DNA from: Eledone cirrhosa
Lineage: Eukaryota
Length of the DNA stretch: 64,000 nt
Direction of reading: 5' to 3'
Assembly (NCBI GenBank): GCA_964016885.1
Contig: OZ024746.1
Span: 62,186,001-62,250,000 of the forward strand
The notes under the pieces were generated by a model. That model saw nothing but the letters and a program-made list of their open reading frames with translations. It had not been told where the DNA came from and made no database searches. The position numbers and the translations under genes are program-made. Every line of letters starts with the position of its first letter. Position 1 is the stretch's first letter. Below, piece by piece: positions 54,301 through 64,000 of the stretch.

Positions 54301-57236
54301 ATCGAGAATCTAATTGTAATACGTGACGTATTCTATTCTATAGCGATTAGGTCTTCAAAATGTTTATTATAAACATACAGAATATTTTCGAATATTCTAT
54401 GTCTATATTCACATATATATCGCTATTTCAGAGCATTTATTCCAATTTCTAATTTCTGCCGGACCGGCAACCACTCTTTCAAACCAGTTCCTGTACACAG
54501 CTAAGTATTCTATAAGTCTCTAGCTGTGTCATTCTCGATAAAAGCACTGGATATGTAGTCCTGATGATTTCTAACAAGAATGAAACGCGTAGATTACTTC
54601 CCTTGCTTTTATCGAGAATCTAATTGTAATACGTGACGTATTCTATTCTATAGCGATTAGGTCTTCAAAATGTTTATTATAAACATACAGAATATTTTCG
54701 AATATTCTATGTCTATATTCACATATATATCGCTATTTCAGAGCATTTATTCCAATTTCTAATTTCTGCCGGACCGGCAACCACTCTTTCAAACCAGTTC
54801 CTGTACACAGCTAAGTATTCTATAAGTCTCTAGCTGTGTCATTCTCGATAAAAGCACTGGATATGTAGTCCTGATGATTTCTAACAAGAATGAAACGCGT
54901 AGATTACTTCCCTTGCTTTTATCGAGAATCTAATTGTAATACGTGACGTATTCTATTCTATAGCGATTAGGTCTTCAAAATGTTTATTATAAACATACAG
55001 AATATTTTCGAATATTCTATGTCTATATTCACATATATATCGCTATTTCAGAGCATTTATTCCAATTTCTAATTTCTGCCGGACCGGCAACCACTCTTTC
55101 AAACCAGTTCCTGTACACAGCTAAGTATTCTATAAGTCTCTAGCTGTGTCATTCTCGATAAAAGCACTGGATATGTAGTCCTGATGATTTCTAACAAGAA
55201 TGAAACGCGTAGATTACTTCCCTTGCTTTTATCGAGAATCTAATTGTAATACGTGACGTATTCTATTCTATAGCGATTAGGTCTTCAAAATGTTTATTAT
55301 AAACATACAGAATATTTTCGAATATTCTATGTCTATATTCACATATATATCGCTATTTCAGAGCATTTATTCCAATTTCTAATTTCTGCCGGACCGGCAA
55401 CCACTCTTTCAAACCAGTTCCTGTACACAGCTAAGTATTCTATAAGTCTCTAGCTGTGTCATTCTCGATAAAAGCACTGGATATGTAGTCCTGATGATTT
55501 CTAACAAGAATGAAACGCGTAGATTACTTCCCTTGCTTTTATCGAGAATCTAATTGTAATACGTGACGTATTCTATTCTATAGCGATTAGGTCTTCAAAA
55601 TGTTTATTATAAACATACAGAATATTTTCGAATATTCTATGTCTATATTCACATATATATCGCTATTTCAGAGCATTTATTCCAATTTCTAATTTCTGCC
55701 GGACCGGCAACCACTCTTTCAAACCAGTTCCTGTACACAGCTAAGTATTCTATAAGTCTCTAGCTGTGTCATTCTCGATAAAAGCACTGGATATGTAGTC
55801 CTGATGATTTCTAACAAGAATGAAACGCGTAGATTACTTCCCTTGCTTTTATCGAGAATCTAATTGTAATACGTGACGTATTCTATTCTATAGCGATTAG
55901 GTCTTCAAAATGTTTATTATAAACATACAGAATATTTTCGAATATTCTATGTCTATATTCACATATATATCGCTATTTCAGAGCATTTATTCCAATTTCT
56001 AATTTCTGCCGGACCGGCAACCACTCTTTCAAACCAGTTCCTGTACACAGCTAAGTATTCTATAAGTCTCTAGCTGTGTCATTCTCGATAAAAGCACTGG
56101 ATATGTAGTCCTGATGATTTCTAACAAGAATGAAACGCGTAGATTACTTCCCTTGCTTTTATCGAGAATCTAATTGTAATACGTGACGTATTCTATTCTA
56201 TAGCGATTAGGTCTTCAAAATGTTTATTATAAACATACAGAATATTTTCGAATATTCTATGTCTATATTCACATATATATCGCTATTTCAGAGCATTTAT
56301 TCCAATTTCTAATTTCTGCCGGACCGGCAACCACTCTTTCAAACCAGTTCCTGTACACAGCTAAGTATTCTATAAGTCGCTAGCTGTGTCATTCTCGATA
56401 AAAGCACTGGATATGTAGTCCTGATGATTTCTAACAAGAATGAAACGCGTAGATTACTTCCCTTGCTTTTATCGAGAATCTAATTGTAATACGTGACGTA
56501 TTCTATTCTATAGCGATTAGGTCTTCAAAATGTTTATTATAAACATACAGAATATTTTCGAATATTCTATGTCTATATTCACATATATATCGCTATTTCA
56601 GAGCATTTATTCCAATTTCTAATTTCTGCCGGACCGGCAACCACTCTTTCAAACCAGTTCCTGTACACAGCTAAGTATTCTATAAGTCTCTAGCTGTGTC
56701 ATTCTCGATAAAAGCACTGGATATGTAGTCCTGATGATTTCTAACAAGAATGAAACGCGTAGATTACTTCCCTTGCTTTTATCGAGAATCTAATTGTAAT
56801 ACGTGACGTATTCTATTCTATAGCGATTAGGTCTTCAAAATGTTTATTATAAACATACAGAATATTTTCGAATATTCTATGTCTATATTCACATATATAT
56901 CGCTATTTCAGAGCATTTATTCCAATTTCTAATTTCTGCCGGACCGGCAACCACTCTTTCAAACCAGTTCCTGTACACAGCTAAGTATTCTATAAGTCTC
57001 TAGCTGTGTCATTCTCGATAAAAGCACTGGATATGTAGTCCTGATGATTTCTAACAAGAATGAAACGCGTAGATTACTTCCCTTGCTTTTATCGAGAATC
57101 TAATTGTAATACGTGACGTATTCTATTCTATAGCGATTAGGTCTTCAAAATGTTTATTATAAACATACAGAATATTTTCGAATATTCTATGTCTATATTC
57201 ACATATATATCGCTATTTCAGAGCATTTATTCCAAT
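51305..57236 (+). repeat. 310-bp tandem array, inverted right arm (~19.1 monomers; 19 hammerheads on the + strand)
   Basis: Reverse complement of the left arm. CTGATGA cores at 51460, 51771, then every 310 bp to 57041. Confidence 0.97.
51741..51829 (+). ncRNA. Representative type I hammerhead ribozyme of the 310-bp monomer
   Basis: Stem I GTAGTC/GATTAC; CTGATGA (51771-51777); stem II TTCT-AACA-AGAA; GAAA (51792-51795); palindromic stem III ACGCGT; GUA cleavage after 51801. Stem I extends past an internal loop into a perfect 16-bp helix ATTCTCGATAAAAGCA/TGCTTTTATCGAGAAT. Confidence 0.88.

Positions 57237-64000
<6,764 letters not shown>

Overview
Repeat-dense, very AT-rich eukaryotic DNA with no supportable host gene. 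It is probably from a mollusc, likely a cephalopod; this is inferred from the SINE families and the (TA)n/(TATG)n load. Bases 1-21 kb hold a near full-length RTE LINE with an uninterrupted 1046-aa ORF and a 12-bp TSD, a frameshifted R4/Dong-like RLE retrotransposon, Meta-domain and CORE-domain tRNA SINEs, and several MITEs. Bases 21-64 kb are mostly (TA)n/TATG microsatellite into which retroelements have piled: five copies of a ~610-bp non-autonomous RTE-derived element, two CR1-group fragments and a second R4-like copy. The main finding is a 310-bp 'satellite' (48591-57236, ~28 near-identical monomers in two opposite-facing arms). Every monomer encodes a type I hammerhead ribozyme inside a highly structured RNA, which makes it a candidate retrozyme (circRNA-producing) array. 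Two further, unrelated hammerheads lie at ~5975-6062 and ~20787-20830. All long Y/I/M/V/C-rich ORFs are microsatellite artefacts.
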